Positions 25,907 to 39,192 of a stretch of 64,000 bases of DNA are shown here, one piece after another. The notes beneath the pieces were generated by a model. That model made no database searches, was not told the DNA's origin, and saw nothing but the letters and a program-made list of their open reading frames with translations. A program made the translations under genes and the position numbers. The stretch comes from Callorhinchus milii (Eukaryota). The stretch covers positions 18,974,001-19,038,000 of the forward strand of contig NW_024704742.1 in the NCBI RefSeq assembly GCF_018977255.1, written 5' to 3'. Numbering within the stretch: the stretch's first letter is position 1; every line of letters begins with the position of its first letter.

Positions 25907-26047
25907 TTGGTTATACCACAGATGATCTTCGGTTCATCTGGCAGGCTAAAGACCCTGTTCAAATGGAGGAGATTGCGTTACCACAGTTTGATATCAAACA
26001 GGAGGATATCGAGTATGGGAATTGTACAAAATATTATAAAGGCACAG
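25907..26047 (+). CDS. glrb: glrb exon 7: (F)[46 protein letters not shown](G)
   Basis: ttgtag acceptor, G|gtaaga donor, 141 bp; overlaps ORF-track 25843..26061. Confidence 0.98.
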
Positions 26048-26389
26048 GTAAGAAGTTTTAAAATTAATGGTATTTCCTTTGTCACAACTTTTTATAGGCT
26101 AAGCCCTCAACTATTATACCCCTAACCTCTGGATCCCCCTCTCTAAAGATCTTTGCCTCACCCCACACATCTGTTTTTAAAAACCTCCTAAAAACATACC
26201 TCTTCGACTGTGCATACGGTCAGCTCCCTTCACCCCTCCCTCACTCTCTCTGCCCTGTTAGCACTGTCTCTGTAAAATACTTCAAAGTCTCTAAAATGTT
26301 CCAAGAAATAAAGGCTTTGAGATATCCTCCCAACATTAATATAAATATAGATTGTATTGTATTTTCCTATGTAAAAGCACTAAATACAT

Positions 26390-26590
26390 CTATGCTTTTA
26401 AGAGCATGGATGTATTTAAGGGAAAGCTAGATAGGTACATGAGGGAGAAAGGAATAGAAGGTTATGCTTGAAGGCTTAGTTGAGGAAGGGCAGGAGGAGG
26501 CTCATGTGGAGCATAAACACCGGCATAGACCAGTTGGGCCAAAATAGTCTGCTTCTGTTCTGTATATTCTAATGTATTCTAATGTATTCT
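26390..26590 (+). mobile_element. CR1-type 3' end with (ATGTATTCTA)n tail
   Basis: TTTAAGGGAAAGCTAGATAGGTACATG...ATAGACCAGTTGGGCC followed by a short tandem tail. Confidence 0.7.
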
Positions 26591-28018
26591 AAAAGGCTTA
26601 CATGTTGTTTTGTTGGCAAAGATTTGGGTCGTAGACAACAGTGCAGGAATGGGCAAAATGAGTCTAGTTTTGAGGATCCATGTTCGTTCACCAGGTAAAA
26701 CATGGATATTTCCCCAAATTAAACAATAACCTACTGCAATTAAAGAATATTTTAAAAGAATAACAATATCAAGCAAATTGCATGCATGTTCAGTTTTATA
26801 GTGTCTGCATTTTTTTAATCTCCCAGGAATATGCACAATATTTGTGGCAAAATTGAACTCTCAGAGATGGCTATTATAGATGAACAATACTACATAGCTA
26901 TCAAGCACAATGTGTGTGAGGCAACAGTAGAGTATCTATATCATTAGTGAGCAATTGCAAGTTAAATCTGTAAGCACTAACCCACCATTCAAAATTCTTC
27001 CCACATGAGCAGAAGTCCAAAGATTATTCAATCACTTTTATTGGGGCCTCAAGCAAGCTCAAGTGTCTATTTTTAAAATAAGTTCATAAACCTCTTTTAC
27101 ACCTGTTTTAAAGGCTTAGCGGAATGGGTTGTTCCCATAACTAATTTGTTCCAGGAGATGCTGTATTTTGTGCATCCATTTATTCCAATCTAGCTGTTCA
27201 CTAACATTAGCAAACAAAGTGGAATAATGTATGTCCTACCATTCCCTTCACTGATGTACCTTTTCCTTTGTTTTTCTCCACTCCTCTAATGAAGACGGTG
27301 ACTGAAGCTGGTGTGCACTTCCATACATGTACACAGGCCTCACCCATTTGATCATTCTCCACTGTGTAAACCAGACAGTGAATATTGGTTAGACTGCTTA
27401 ATCATGGAGGGAATTATAGCCAAATCTTATCCTATGCTCACCTATTGTACCCACATATGGACTTTCCAGCAGGGCACTTGATTGTGAATAGTTCTAGGAA
27501 CAATAGCTGATTCCCCCCATCCCTTCCATTCTCAAAGAGTAGAGGCCAATTGTAGTGCCTCACCATCCTCCAAGTTGATACCTGATCAAAAATTCCTCCT
27601 GGGTTTGGTTCAGCTGGGGAGGAGTCAGGAAACATGTAGAATACACAGTCTCTGCATTTTACAACATATCACGTGAAGCTCCTTGAGATGTTCCCTTGAT
27701 ATGAAAAGGACTATGTAAAATGCAAGGATTAGCCCTCATTCAGACACATGGTTCACATCTAATGCAGTTACAAGACCAGATCTGTGCACAGCCTCTTCCA
27801 GATTAGGTATTTAATAGTTTGAGTTTAATTTAGACCTCTTATTCCATAAATAAGTTTTAGTGGGAGAATAAACTGGTGCATTTCGCGCACAGGTGAATGC
27901 CAAGCTTTTTTTCTTGTTGGTCAATATTTCTGACTTACTCGGTCTATTCATCTTTTAGAAAATGCATTGCACTCCCATTCGTTTGTGTAGGAAATTATAT
28001 TTTCATTTTTTTTCTTGA

Positions 28019-28186
<168 letters not shown>

Positions 28187-29899
28187 TAGCATTGATGGTT
28201 GAAACGTCAAGCGCTGTTACAGAATGCAATCGCAGCGCGTTCTGAAATTGTGCGTCTCTGATGGGCATTGATTCTTATGGTTCAATAAATTATGTTTAGG
28301 ACAGTCAAGAAACAATAGTGTAAAAGAGAGAGACTAATGCGTATCACAACTAGTTTGGCTCGTATGCTGGTGCCTGGCTTTTATTTAACCTGTTGCTCAA
28401 CCACAGCCCTCAATAGCACAGTGATCTTATTGTCCCTGTTCTCTCCATTTAAGCAATTGAAGGTAGTCTGGTGCTATTGAGGATACTTACACACTAGGAA
28501 CAGTTGTCTGAAGATTGGTAAAATTACAGATCAGACCAGCTTCTTCACTGCTGCTGGTAAATTATAATCTGCGTCACCGAGTTATGTGATTTGTTGGACC
28601 AGTGGGAATAAGACCTTCTCATCTACTAACTCAGAAAATAACCATCTTTTGGCAAGTCAGCTCTACGAAGCTCCAATATTGATGGGGTTTTGCAGAGCAC
28701 CTATCTAATGTAAAGTTTGAACTAAACATTGGGGTTAAACAGAAGCCAAACACCATAAGCACCAGAAAAAGTACCTGCAACATGATCTATGTTTCTATAC
28801 ATCATTCCTTCTCTGAAAACTTGTCTCCAAACTTCTGAGCTGAGGTCTCTTGAGTGGGAATATACATTCCACAACAATTTGACTATGATGAGCCAATGAA
28901 CGCAAGCTATCCTCATCTAAAATCCATGCATATCTATTTGTAGTTTGATCTAATAGTCATTAATTCCTTCCTCCACCTCACTATCTGTGTCAGTCTGGCT
29001 CAGTTAGAGTTCACACCATGACACATTTTCTGGTAGAATTTTCCAAATCTCATTCACTATTGCCTGGACAGGGTAGACAGTGCCCAGAATTGCAACAACC
29101 TGTTTATTTACCTGGCCTTGCCAGTCCTCAAAGAAGCATTCTTTTCCAATTCTGCTAAAATAAAATATAAAATTGTAAAGTGCAAATGATGTATGCTGGC
29201 TGGGATGGAGAAAGACCATATTCACTTCATTTTGAAGGATAGAAATTTGTAAACCGCAGTTTGTGTTGTGAACTTCCAGTTAGTGAGCAAAACATTGTCA
29301 TTGGCATGTTAGGAGTCTCTTTCCCTCAGTGGAAATCAAGCTGAGTTAAATGTGTCTGAGCATGCTGTCAGCACAACAGCAGATTTGCTGATATTACAGG
29401 AACTTGCTGTTTTACTCAAAAATGGCAGCACTGGTAATGCCACATTTGAGGCTCTATGATTATTGCTTTGAAAGTGGTTACCACATCAAGAGAGGCATTG
29501 CCGAATTACATTTGGGATTTGTATCTTAATTGTTATAACCGTGCCTCTATTGTCAGAAAGTCCAAATATAATGGAATTTCCCAGAACACTATCAGAAGTT
29601 GCACACTCCATTCCCGACAACCAGATGTTTCCACGCACATGTGGAACACTCAGCCGCTTGGTATGGCTACTTGTAACCATGTTTATGGGTTTCCACATGT
29701 GTCAAGACTCTTGGTTGACCAAAATAAAATGAAAGATGTAGGGTTGAAAAAATGTTCTGTGTTGATCACGAATAAACTTCACTGTAGTAAGTTAACTGGA
29801 ATGAAATGCTTAAGATATTTGTTTCTCATTTCAAATTTACCAAAGTAAAACCCGTCATCAAATTACTTGGGTGTTAATTTGCCCATTTGTTTCACCCAG

Positions 29900-30225
29900 G
29901 TATCTTCTCAGTGCTCAGCTTGTCATCCGAATGCACATCTCTTGCTGCAGAGCTGCCCAAAGTTTCCTATGTGAAAGCCTTAGATGTCTGGCTCATTGCT
30001 TGCCTCCTCTTTGGGTTTGCGTCCCTTGTAGAATATGCTGTTGTGCAGGTTATGCTCAACAGCCCAAAGAGAATCGAAGCTGAAAGAATCCGAATTCAAA
30101 ACCGCCAGAAGGCTAAGGAGCAAGCTATTGCAGCAGAGGCCAAAGCATCTGGGAACTGGGTCAAACCTTCTTCCAAGAATACTGTTAATGGAACAGGGAC
30201 ACCGGTTCATATCAGCACTCTACAG
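29900..30225 (+). CDS. glrb: glrb exon 9: M2, M3 and first half of the M3-M4 loop, ending VHISTLQ
   Basis: cacccag acceptor, CAG|gtaaga donor, 326 bp; ORF-track 29887..30243. Confidence 0.98.
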
Positions 30226-31360
30226 GTAAGAAATCACTTTTAACATTTATAAAATAATGATCTGTCTCCACTTACCTCCCCGCCCTCCATCCCCGCCCCC
30301 GAAACCTTTTACTAATTTCAACCATGTTCAGATTTAGAACTGATTCTTGTTCTCCATTGTATTGACCTTAGTGCTGTAAATCTATAGATATTAAAACATG
30401 CCTGAGTGAGTTTAAAATGAGAGAATGTCACAATAAACTCACATCACTGAGGTCATTACATTTACCAACTATAAGATTTTAAACCATAACACCTGCAAAT
30501 TTTGCAAATTTACCATCGAGGAACGAATTGTTAGCCATAAAATATAAGTTTTACCAAAGTATTTGTCTACTTTTTAGCAAGGGAAGATTCTGTTCTCCAA
30601 CATGTATTTCAATGACAGCATGTTAATGTTAAATCCACTGAAGACAAAACTTTACACAATATGCAACAGTTGAATGATCATTGCTCTCAGATTTCCTTAT
30701 AAACCTTTTTTTATGAGACGCACAAGACTCAATGCATAGAAACCTTAGGAGACAATCTGACCCATTGTGTCAGTAATGGTGAGACTTTCCAATATATATT
30801 CCAAGTCAAAAATGTTATTCCACTGGTTTTGTTTGGTGAAGTTTGATGTCGGACCAGTTTTGGGTGCACACTTGTGTTGGAATCAACACGTACAACTGTA
30901 TGTGGCACGAAACTCTTGCTCTTCATCACTGTTGCATAATACCCATTAATTTTAGAGGACTGAATTTTTATTTTCTACTCAGTGCTGAGAGTGAGTGCCT
31001 CTCCATCAACAATATATCGTTGAGGCAAACATGTTTCTCTGCTCTGCCAAGTCTTGCCAACACAACAGAGGTGACTTTTGTGAAGCTGTACAACAGATTT
31101 GAAGCCCGAAATTCCACATTGTTTTAGTCTGCGAGATCATTTGTTTTAATATTTAAAATTGTGCGGAATTGTAAAAAATTCTTTAAGGCTGTCTTAATTT
31201 GGAAGCTGGTTCTTTTTAAGAACTGTGGCAAAATGGTTTCCAAATGAGATTGTCTGTTCGACAATTCTGTGTGAATTTAACATTTTAAGATCAAATAGCC
31301 TTACAGGCTATTGCTGGGCAGAAGTTTGGGCTTCCAGTTTGTTAATTAACACATGAAGGA

Positions 31361-31618
31361 AGAAATTCCACCTGGGTCTAGATTCTTCATATTTGTATAA
31401 CATTTTAGAGCATCCAGAATTTCATAAATTGTTGAACTCAGTCTTAACTTTGAAGTTGTCTTTCTGTAATTCTTAAAGGACATTTGCCGAAAACCGACTT
31501 CAAAATTAAAATTTTCAAATTCAAAATTAATTTTAATAATTAAAAAAAGTTTTTAATTACCAAATTTGGATACTCTGAAACACTACATAAAGTAAATCTA
31601 GACCCAGGTGATATTTTT
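31361..31618. mobile_element. Palindromic MITE-like element (CACCTGGGTCTAGATT termini)
   Basis: Perfect 16-bp inverted repeat at 31369-31384 and 31595-31610. Siblings at ~17078-17275, 34585-35188 and 37950-38163. Confidence 0.7.
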
Positions 31619-33919
31619 TGCTCCAAATCTATTAAATAACATTGTGATTTTCACCCCTACATTTCCCTTTAGAAACGAATGGACTGTTTACTTAACAACA
31701 GACGTAACTATATTGTCCATTGTGCCACCAGCTCTGAAATGAGGTTTTCATATTCATTGAAGTCAATACATCTTGGAACTATTAGTAAATCTAATGCAGA
31801 CCAGCCTCAGATATACTACATCCATTGTAACCAAACCACTGAACATTTATCATAAACAAATGTTGTTTTTACTTGAATTTTATCTAACATTGACGAAGAA
31901 TAGTGGCTCAAAGTGCAATCATTTCTACAAAGTTAACAAAGTGTCTTGTCATAATTTTACAATCTCATTTGACTAAAATTAGGATATTCTGTTTTTATCT
32001 CTTAAGATAAAATGCCTGAGGTCAAATTTGAATAACATCACTGCCTGGGGTCAAATTTATGGTCCATGTTTGATATTTATCTCACTGAATGATTTGCAGA
32101 CAGTTTCCTTCCCCCTCCCAACAACTCTGTTCTCTGCGAAGCTAGGATTTTTCATGCAGGTCATAGTCTTCAACTGCTCATTTGCTGAACGCTGACATTT
32201 AGTGATGAAAGCTCAAAATTATGGCTTCTCACTAACTACATCCAGGAGCTAGGAGTGCCGTCAAGGATGTGGCTTCTCAGTGTTCACCATTGAGATTTGT
32301 GGTAGAGATCTCTCCAGCCCACTCAATGTAATTTTTGCTTTGCTTCTTCTTAGCTCACTCGCCTCACTTTTTACTGGGGTACAGTTCCATGCATGCTATC
32401 TACCTTCCAACACCTTGCCAGTTGCCAGCCTTGATGACCACGCATAGCCGCGTGCTATTTGACTGTAGAGAACCTCACCTCAGAGGCTGATCCTGTCAAT
32501 ATATGTCAACATAATAAAAGAGTTTACTTCAGCACCCATGTTCAAGTCAGCGACAGAGGAAAGCAAGACGAGAGTGCAATACAGTGCAGGGAGTTTGATG
32601 TAAAACTCTCCCCTGCGTTTGTGTAAGGCCCCTTTCTTTGACATAACAATTTTGTTGCTTGCGTTAATGGGTGTCAGCGACTGGCTCACTTTCAGGGAAG
32701 ATATTATCGTAACAGTTAAATGGTTCAATAGAATACCTTTGGGATTATGGGGGGGTTTTGCCATTTGTTTTCCTTCCTTGCCATTCTATCCTATGTGTTA
32801 TAAAGTATCACAGTAATCTCCATTAACATCGTGGTGAGAAATCGCATAACAATACGGTATGGTAAGTATGAGCTCATTGTTTGCTCAAGGCCCTTACCTC
32901 CACTGTTGGATTCATGCCCATTCGCACTGAAATGAGACTGTTTTACTTCTTTCATTTGCTTTCTCAAGCAGAAGTTACACACGCTGCTCTGCTATATTCA
33001 GTCTTTTTTTATGTTACCTGTAGGTTGCATACTTGGCACGTTTTTTTATTCTGTCTCTGTTTGGCAGTGCAGTCTGACTTGTGATCCTGTTAAAAGTGGT
33101 TTGAATCTGATACAAAGTGGCAACCGCCGTATTGGAAAGAGAGCCTGTAGCACCCTGCAGTTCTTTTGGAAAGAGGTTTTATATAGCCATCTGTTATCAT
33201 TAACATTCAAGCATCTGTAACCAATAGAAGCTTTTTGCTTTGATGTTTTGATGATATCATAAAGTGACTGTACAGTAAGACCTTTTAAAGTCAGTCTTCA
33301 GCAGACGGCAATTAAAGTGCATTTTGATGAAGATAGCTTCTGGTAACTACATTGAACAAACGGGTTCTTATCTGATCTGGATCCTCAGTACTCGGTAACA
33401 TCTTCAGCTAAGTGTGCAATGGGATTGTTTCAAAGTAAATCCTTCCATGTGAGTCTTATACAATTCCACCTTTAATTGTATTGAGATGTAACAGTTGCTG
33501 GACTCTGGATCATTGGGCTTCAGGAGGACTGTTTTATTTCCAGTGTTGCGTCTCTCCATTGGTATTTGTTTATTTCCTCTGGCGTGAGTTGCCCACTGCG
33601 GTTGCACATTCTCTCCATAGTTCCTCACCAGACCATAATGCACTTCATTGGTTTTCATGGCGATTACTCAGGCTTCCTCGAGTGTATGGCAAGCTATTGT
33701 CTGACCTCTGACCCAACTTTGCAAACAAGCATTATGTATTTGGGAAGGGTGGTTGAGGCCAGGACACTGGTCTTATTTGAAAATGGCTTGATGCAGTGAT
33801 GGGAAGATAGGATCCAGAATATTGTGGAAGGGTGAGATTAATGCAATAACAAAAGGCTTCTATTTCCCGGATATATTTTTCTTCCAAAGTGTTTTTTTTC
33901 AATGATGGAATGAGCCACA

Positions 33920-34368
33920 TCTTAGATTTTTATACCACCTTTCATGTTAAAGAATGTCTCAAATGCTTTGCAGGATGATATAATTAAGAAGAAAGTGTTA
34001 TTATTAAGGCAACCACGACAGCTAATTTTTCACCAGTAGTGAATCTATAAAATATTATTGTGTACTTGTATATATTTGTGGGTGAATGCAGCAGCAAATT
34101 TGTACACAATTCTCCCACTTAACAGCCATGAAGTAAATGGCTAATTTTATCTGGAGGATTTTTGACCAGGACACCTGGAGAAACAATTTTTTTTGCTTAG
34201 TTCCAATGAATCTTTAATATCCATCTGAATGACGGAACCTCCAACATTTCAGGTCTCCCCAGTCTAGAGTGTCAGGCTAGACTAAAAGCTCAAAATCCTG
34301 AAGTGGGGCTTGAACCCATATCCTTCTGACTCAGAGGTGGGAGTGCTGCCAACTGAGCTTGTCTGACA
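33920..34368 (-). mobile_element. Deu-domain SINE
   Basis: Head (read on +) GGGGCTTGAACCCATATCCTTCTGACTCAGAGGTGGGAGTGCTGCCAACTGAGC, plus Deu core. Confidence 0.7.
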
Positions 34369-34775
34369 TATTTATAATTAGAATAACATAATTAGTTATT
34401 AGCAGTTTATTGAATATTCAATAATATCAACCACATTGTGAATCAGACCATGCATATTACTCACTCTTTAAGGTCATAAACACATTCCGAGAACTATGTT
34501 CTCTATTCTGTATTTGGCTAATTTGCAGTGCCAAAGCAATCATACTTCATTATTTCAAATAATATAGACAAACAATTATTGAACAGAAATTCTACCTGAG
34601 TCTGTGTTTATTTCATTTATGCAGCATTTCTGAACTTCAGAATTTGGTAAATTATTAAACTGCAGTCATTGCTTTAAAACCAGTTTTCTATAATTTTATT
34701 TTTGAGAACTACAGGAAACCAACTTCAAGGTTAAGACTGAACTCAACAATTTGTCTGATTTTGGATGCTCTGAAA

Positions 34776-35105
34776 TAACAACAAATTACATTTGTATAGC
34801 GCCTTTCATGGTGGGAAGACGACCCAAGGTGCTGGACAGTCAGGAATTTGGACCCGAGCAGGGGCTTGGGATCAGGAGAGATGGAGCAGGGAGGTAGTGG
34901 TAGGAGGGTGGACGAAGGCCCAGTCGAAGAGGAGGGTCTTGAGACGTGCTTTGGAGGAGGCGAGGGAGGGAGCAAAGCAAAGGGACTGTGGGATGGAGCT
35001 CCAAAGGCTGGAGGCAGAGAAGCTGAAGGACCAACCGCCAATGGTGGGGAGGGCCGGGCAGGGAATGTGGATCAGGCCGCAGCCTGCTGAGCGGAGCACA
35101 AGTTG
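34776..35105 (-). mobile_element. L2 3' fragment inserted into a palindromic MITE
   Basis: TIGGWSFSFSASSLWSSIP...LKTLLFD and a (GTT) tail. The MITE sequence resumes at about 35145. Confidence 0.85.
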
Positions 35106-38100
35106 ATGTGGGGTTAGCAAAATACAGAGGAAGGAAAGAGCACAAAATGCTGCATAAATAGAGAATCTCTGGAGCAGGTGGAATTTTTCCTGGAAAGTTT
35201 CAGACTCTAAAGCAAAGATCTTAGAATCACCATATCCTCCTGGTTTTACTTTGCTGACATGGAATTTAAAATTGATTGCGTTTTTGTTAGTGATTCAGTG
35301 GAAAGCTGGAGATGGGCAATAATATTTTAAGGTTAAATTAGTGAAAGAGACCTTTACACTTAGCTGCCTAAGGTATACTGGTAACATATGAAATTTCTCT
35401 CTAAAATGTTTTCCCTTTCATTTGAACGTAGAGTGAAATAAAGCAATAGTCATCCATGTGATTGAATATTTCAAATCCTTAAGGAAAGAATCAGTCACAA
35501 GGCTGATCTAGTATAGGACAGGATGCAACATTACTTGGATAACCTTTCTGGACCTACAGGTTACTAACATTCCTAAAAGGCGGAAAATTTTATAGTATGT
35601 CTTACAATTCCATAATTTTGTAGCAATCCAGCACAGTAGTAGTGAAAAGCATGAGCATATATTGCTATATTAAACTTGGTTTAATGAGCCCAAGAGCCAC
35701 CACAGCACATTCTATGCTGGCAGTGCTTGTAGCTCCATATGCTGTTCCTCTTGCTTGTTAAACTCTCTCCAAGATAGTGACAAAACCTGGAAAACTCCCC
35801 TCATGTACTATGGAAGTTCAACCTAGATGATTTAACACGGGACGGATTAATAATCAAACCTTTGACCTTCTACTTATTGTGGCTTTGTGAGAGACTGGTT
35901 GGTGTTTTTTAGTGCTGATACACTTTTAAACAAGTCTCTATATTGTCTTATATTTGCTGGAAGCTATTAACCTGACACAAGTCTGATTATTAATGCTTGT
36001 GAACTGTGCTATTTTTAATATTTAGCTGTAAATTAAATTACAAAAGTCTTCCTTTACTATTCTGAATGTGTGATTAAACAGTTCTAAGAGCAGAGTACTT
36101 AGAGAATCTGGAATAGAAGGTGTGTGAAGTCAGCCGGGAGCAGAGAATTGCTGGCCAGGGAGAGGAGAGATGCTAAACTGAAAGCAGAGTGTAAAAATTC
36201 AGTTCATTTTTACAAAGTTAATCCATTGGATGAGATCTCAGCAACTTATCACAGATTATTCAGGAAAAGATTCTAGGATCAAAACCCTTTAAAATGAGTG
36301 TTCATTTCATCCAATAGGAATACCTTCTGTTCACATCTGGGATTAGAAGCAAATGCATAAAGTTTCACTTCCTGTGCAAAATTTTCCCAAATCATTGAAT
36401 TCATCACCACAGTAAAACTATATCAATAAGAGCGGAAATATTGACAAAAGAAGCTTCAAAGCTTCAGTGGAGTGCTATTCATTGCAAATCAATATTCACC
36501 TACAAAATACAGAGTCCTCCGAATGTGAAAGGAGCTATGTCAAATGCAAGGATTATTATTTGAATATTACTAGTATATATCTAATTATGATATCGATAAT
36601 ATTTCTTATCACTAAAACTGGTCACAGTCCCCCCTCCTCCCCAACTTCCATGCAATATTTGGGATTAAAATATTTTTGCATTGCCGTTTCTGTTGTTACA
36701 GTCAGCTGGAATTATTGCCGACCGCAGAGCACAACATTTCAGTGGCGTTTCAAGGACACTGGTTTGAAGGATCACTAAAAACGCTGTGCTGGAATGTTAG
36801 CAACAAGAGAGCACAAATTAGCATATCAAATGCATTGAGATACATCACAATTTATACCCCTTTGCTAAACGCAACTCATCAGGCTGACTACATCAGGCTG
36901 GGATAAAGACTTAGTCACAATTGCAGAAGTATCACATGAACCCATCAAACATTGGTGGCATGTGAATCGAGTAAAATAGAGCACAAGGGAAAAACCTCCA
37001 CCATGTAGATAATTACACACATCAGTCACTGAATTGGCCACCTGGAATAATGGAACTCAAGGCTACAATTAGTTGGAACGCTGAAGGACAAAGCAAAACT
37101 AGTTTTTAGCCAACAGCTTTATAATGTTATTGTGTTACTTTGATGTAACTATGTTACAAATGGTACTTTAAGGCGACTGTGGTGCCATCTACCATAATAC
37201 TGTACCACACTTAATTAAAATATAGATTTGATATTAAAATAATATGTGATCATACATGGTCTCTATTAAACATGATGGTCCACTTATTCAGTAATAAGAG
37301 ACTGGTAATTCATCTCCAACTACATTTTATTCAGACAAAAACATCTGAAGGTTAGTGGAGTTTTTCATTCAGAACTCCCTGACATCCCCATGTGCTGAAT
37401 CACAGTCTAGTTACTGTATATTTTAAAACAGTATGTAGCTTTGTGCATTTTGTCTGAATGATAAATAATTTCCCCTTATTGACTCAATCAAAGCCACTCA
37501 TAATTTTAAAGATCTCTGTGAGGTCACCGCTCAACCTTTTCTGTTCCAGTGGAAAAAGACCCAGTTGCTCCAGTCTCTGTTACAAAGTAATAGTTGGGGT
37601 CCATAAAATCCCAACCAGTTTTCTCATGGGGCGTGATTGCCACTCAGCATTCTGCATCGCTACATCATCAATCGCGTGACTGGTGAATGGTGTAGTGACT
37701 ATTTTTGTTGGCATATCACCTAGTTCCTCCAGACATGTTTTGTCCCCAATTCATATATTTTAAACTAATGTTTGGCAAAAGTAAGGATGTCAGGACTAGA
37801 TAAATACCAAGTCCTTCTTCACCTGTGTCATTCTGTGTGCTGCATTCACATAACTAATTTTAAACACTGACCCAAATGGAATGTTATACTGTATGGGCAG
37901 CTTGTGCAGTGCCAACAAAGAATCAATCTACAATATTGTACTGTAATATTGTACTGCAGCTCTATATTTATTCTATGTAGCATTTCAGTGTCCAAAATTT
38001 GGTAAATTCTTAAATACAGCCAAATTTTCAAGTTTTATGTAAATTCTTTTGAGAATCACAGAAAAAACGACTTCACAGTTAAACCTGAATTCAACGATTT

Positions 38101-38319
38101 GCCAAGTTTTGGATTCCCAAAAATACTATATAAATGGGGTAAATCTAGACACTGGCAGAATTTTATTCTTATTATGAAGAGTAGCTTTGCCATGACAGTA
38201 TGGAATATCACTCTGCAGTCCCACACCAACTACAAAACTTAATCAGCGGCCAAGTAATGGTGGCTTTATTAATGCTCTTATGCCCATAAGATAATGGAAG
38301 AAATAGAAATCATATAGTT

Positions 38320-38628
38320 TAGGCTGACACTCCAGTGCAGTGCGGGCAGTATGCTGTATTGTTGGAAGTGACATCCTTCGGATGAGCCCTGTCTGTTTTG
38401 CCTGTTCAGGTGGATTTAAAGATCCGATGGCACTTTCTAGTGTCCTGGTTAACAATAAAATTGGTCATTCACTTCATGGTTGTTTGTGGGACATTGCAAT
38501 GCACAAATGGGCTGCATTTGGCTACAAAAAAAATACAGTGACTGCACTTTACAGTATATCCTGTAAAGAGGTTTGGGACATTCTCCCAACATGAAAGATG
38601 CTATACCGAATGTAAGGATTATTATTAT
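38320..38628 (+). mobile_element. Deu-domain SINE fragment
   Basis: AGGCTGACACTCCAGTGCAG core and (ATT)n tail, abutting an L2 tail. Confidence 0.75.
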
Positions 38629-38633
38629 TACAA

Positions 38634-39192
38634 GAACAACAACAAAATTACATTTGTATAGCGCCTTTCATGTTGGGAGGACACTCCAAGGCGCTGGACA
38701 ATTAGTGTTTCAGACCCAAGGTGGGGGTCGAGATTGGGGAGGGTGAAGGGCAAGGTGGAAGGAAGATGACTGAAGGCACGATCAAAGAGGAGGTTCTTGA
38801 GATAGGTCTTAAAGGAGGCAAGGCTGAGGGACTGTGGGATGGATTTACAGAGGGTTGGGACAGAGTGGCAGAAGGCCCACCCGCTAATGGTGGGGCGGGC
38901 GAAGTGGGGGACGTGAAGCAGGCCGGAGGCCCCTGAGCGGATGGAGCAGCAGGTTGGTAGGGTTTTAGAAGGTCGCAGAGGTAGGGGGCAGCAAGGCCAT
39001 GGAGGGCTTTCAAGGTCAGGACCAGGATCTTGAATTGTATCCCCTGTGTGATGGGAAGCCAATGGAGTCGGGTGAGGATGGGGCTGATAGGGTAACGGAG
39101 CCTGGTGTGGGAGAGGACACAGGCTGCAAAGTTCTGGATGATCTGCAGTCTACGGAGGGAGGAGTTGGGGAGGCCGACAAGCAGGGAGTTTG
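38634..39192 (-). mobile_element. L2 LINE 3' fragment
   Basis: NSLLVGLP...LQIIQN...LHWLPITQGIQFKILVLTLKALHGLAAPYL and tail. Confidence 0.92.
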
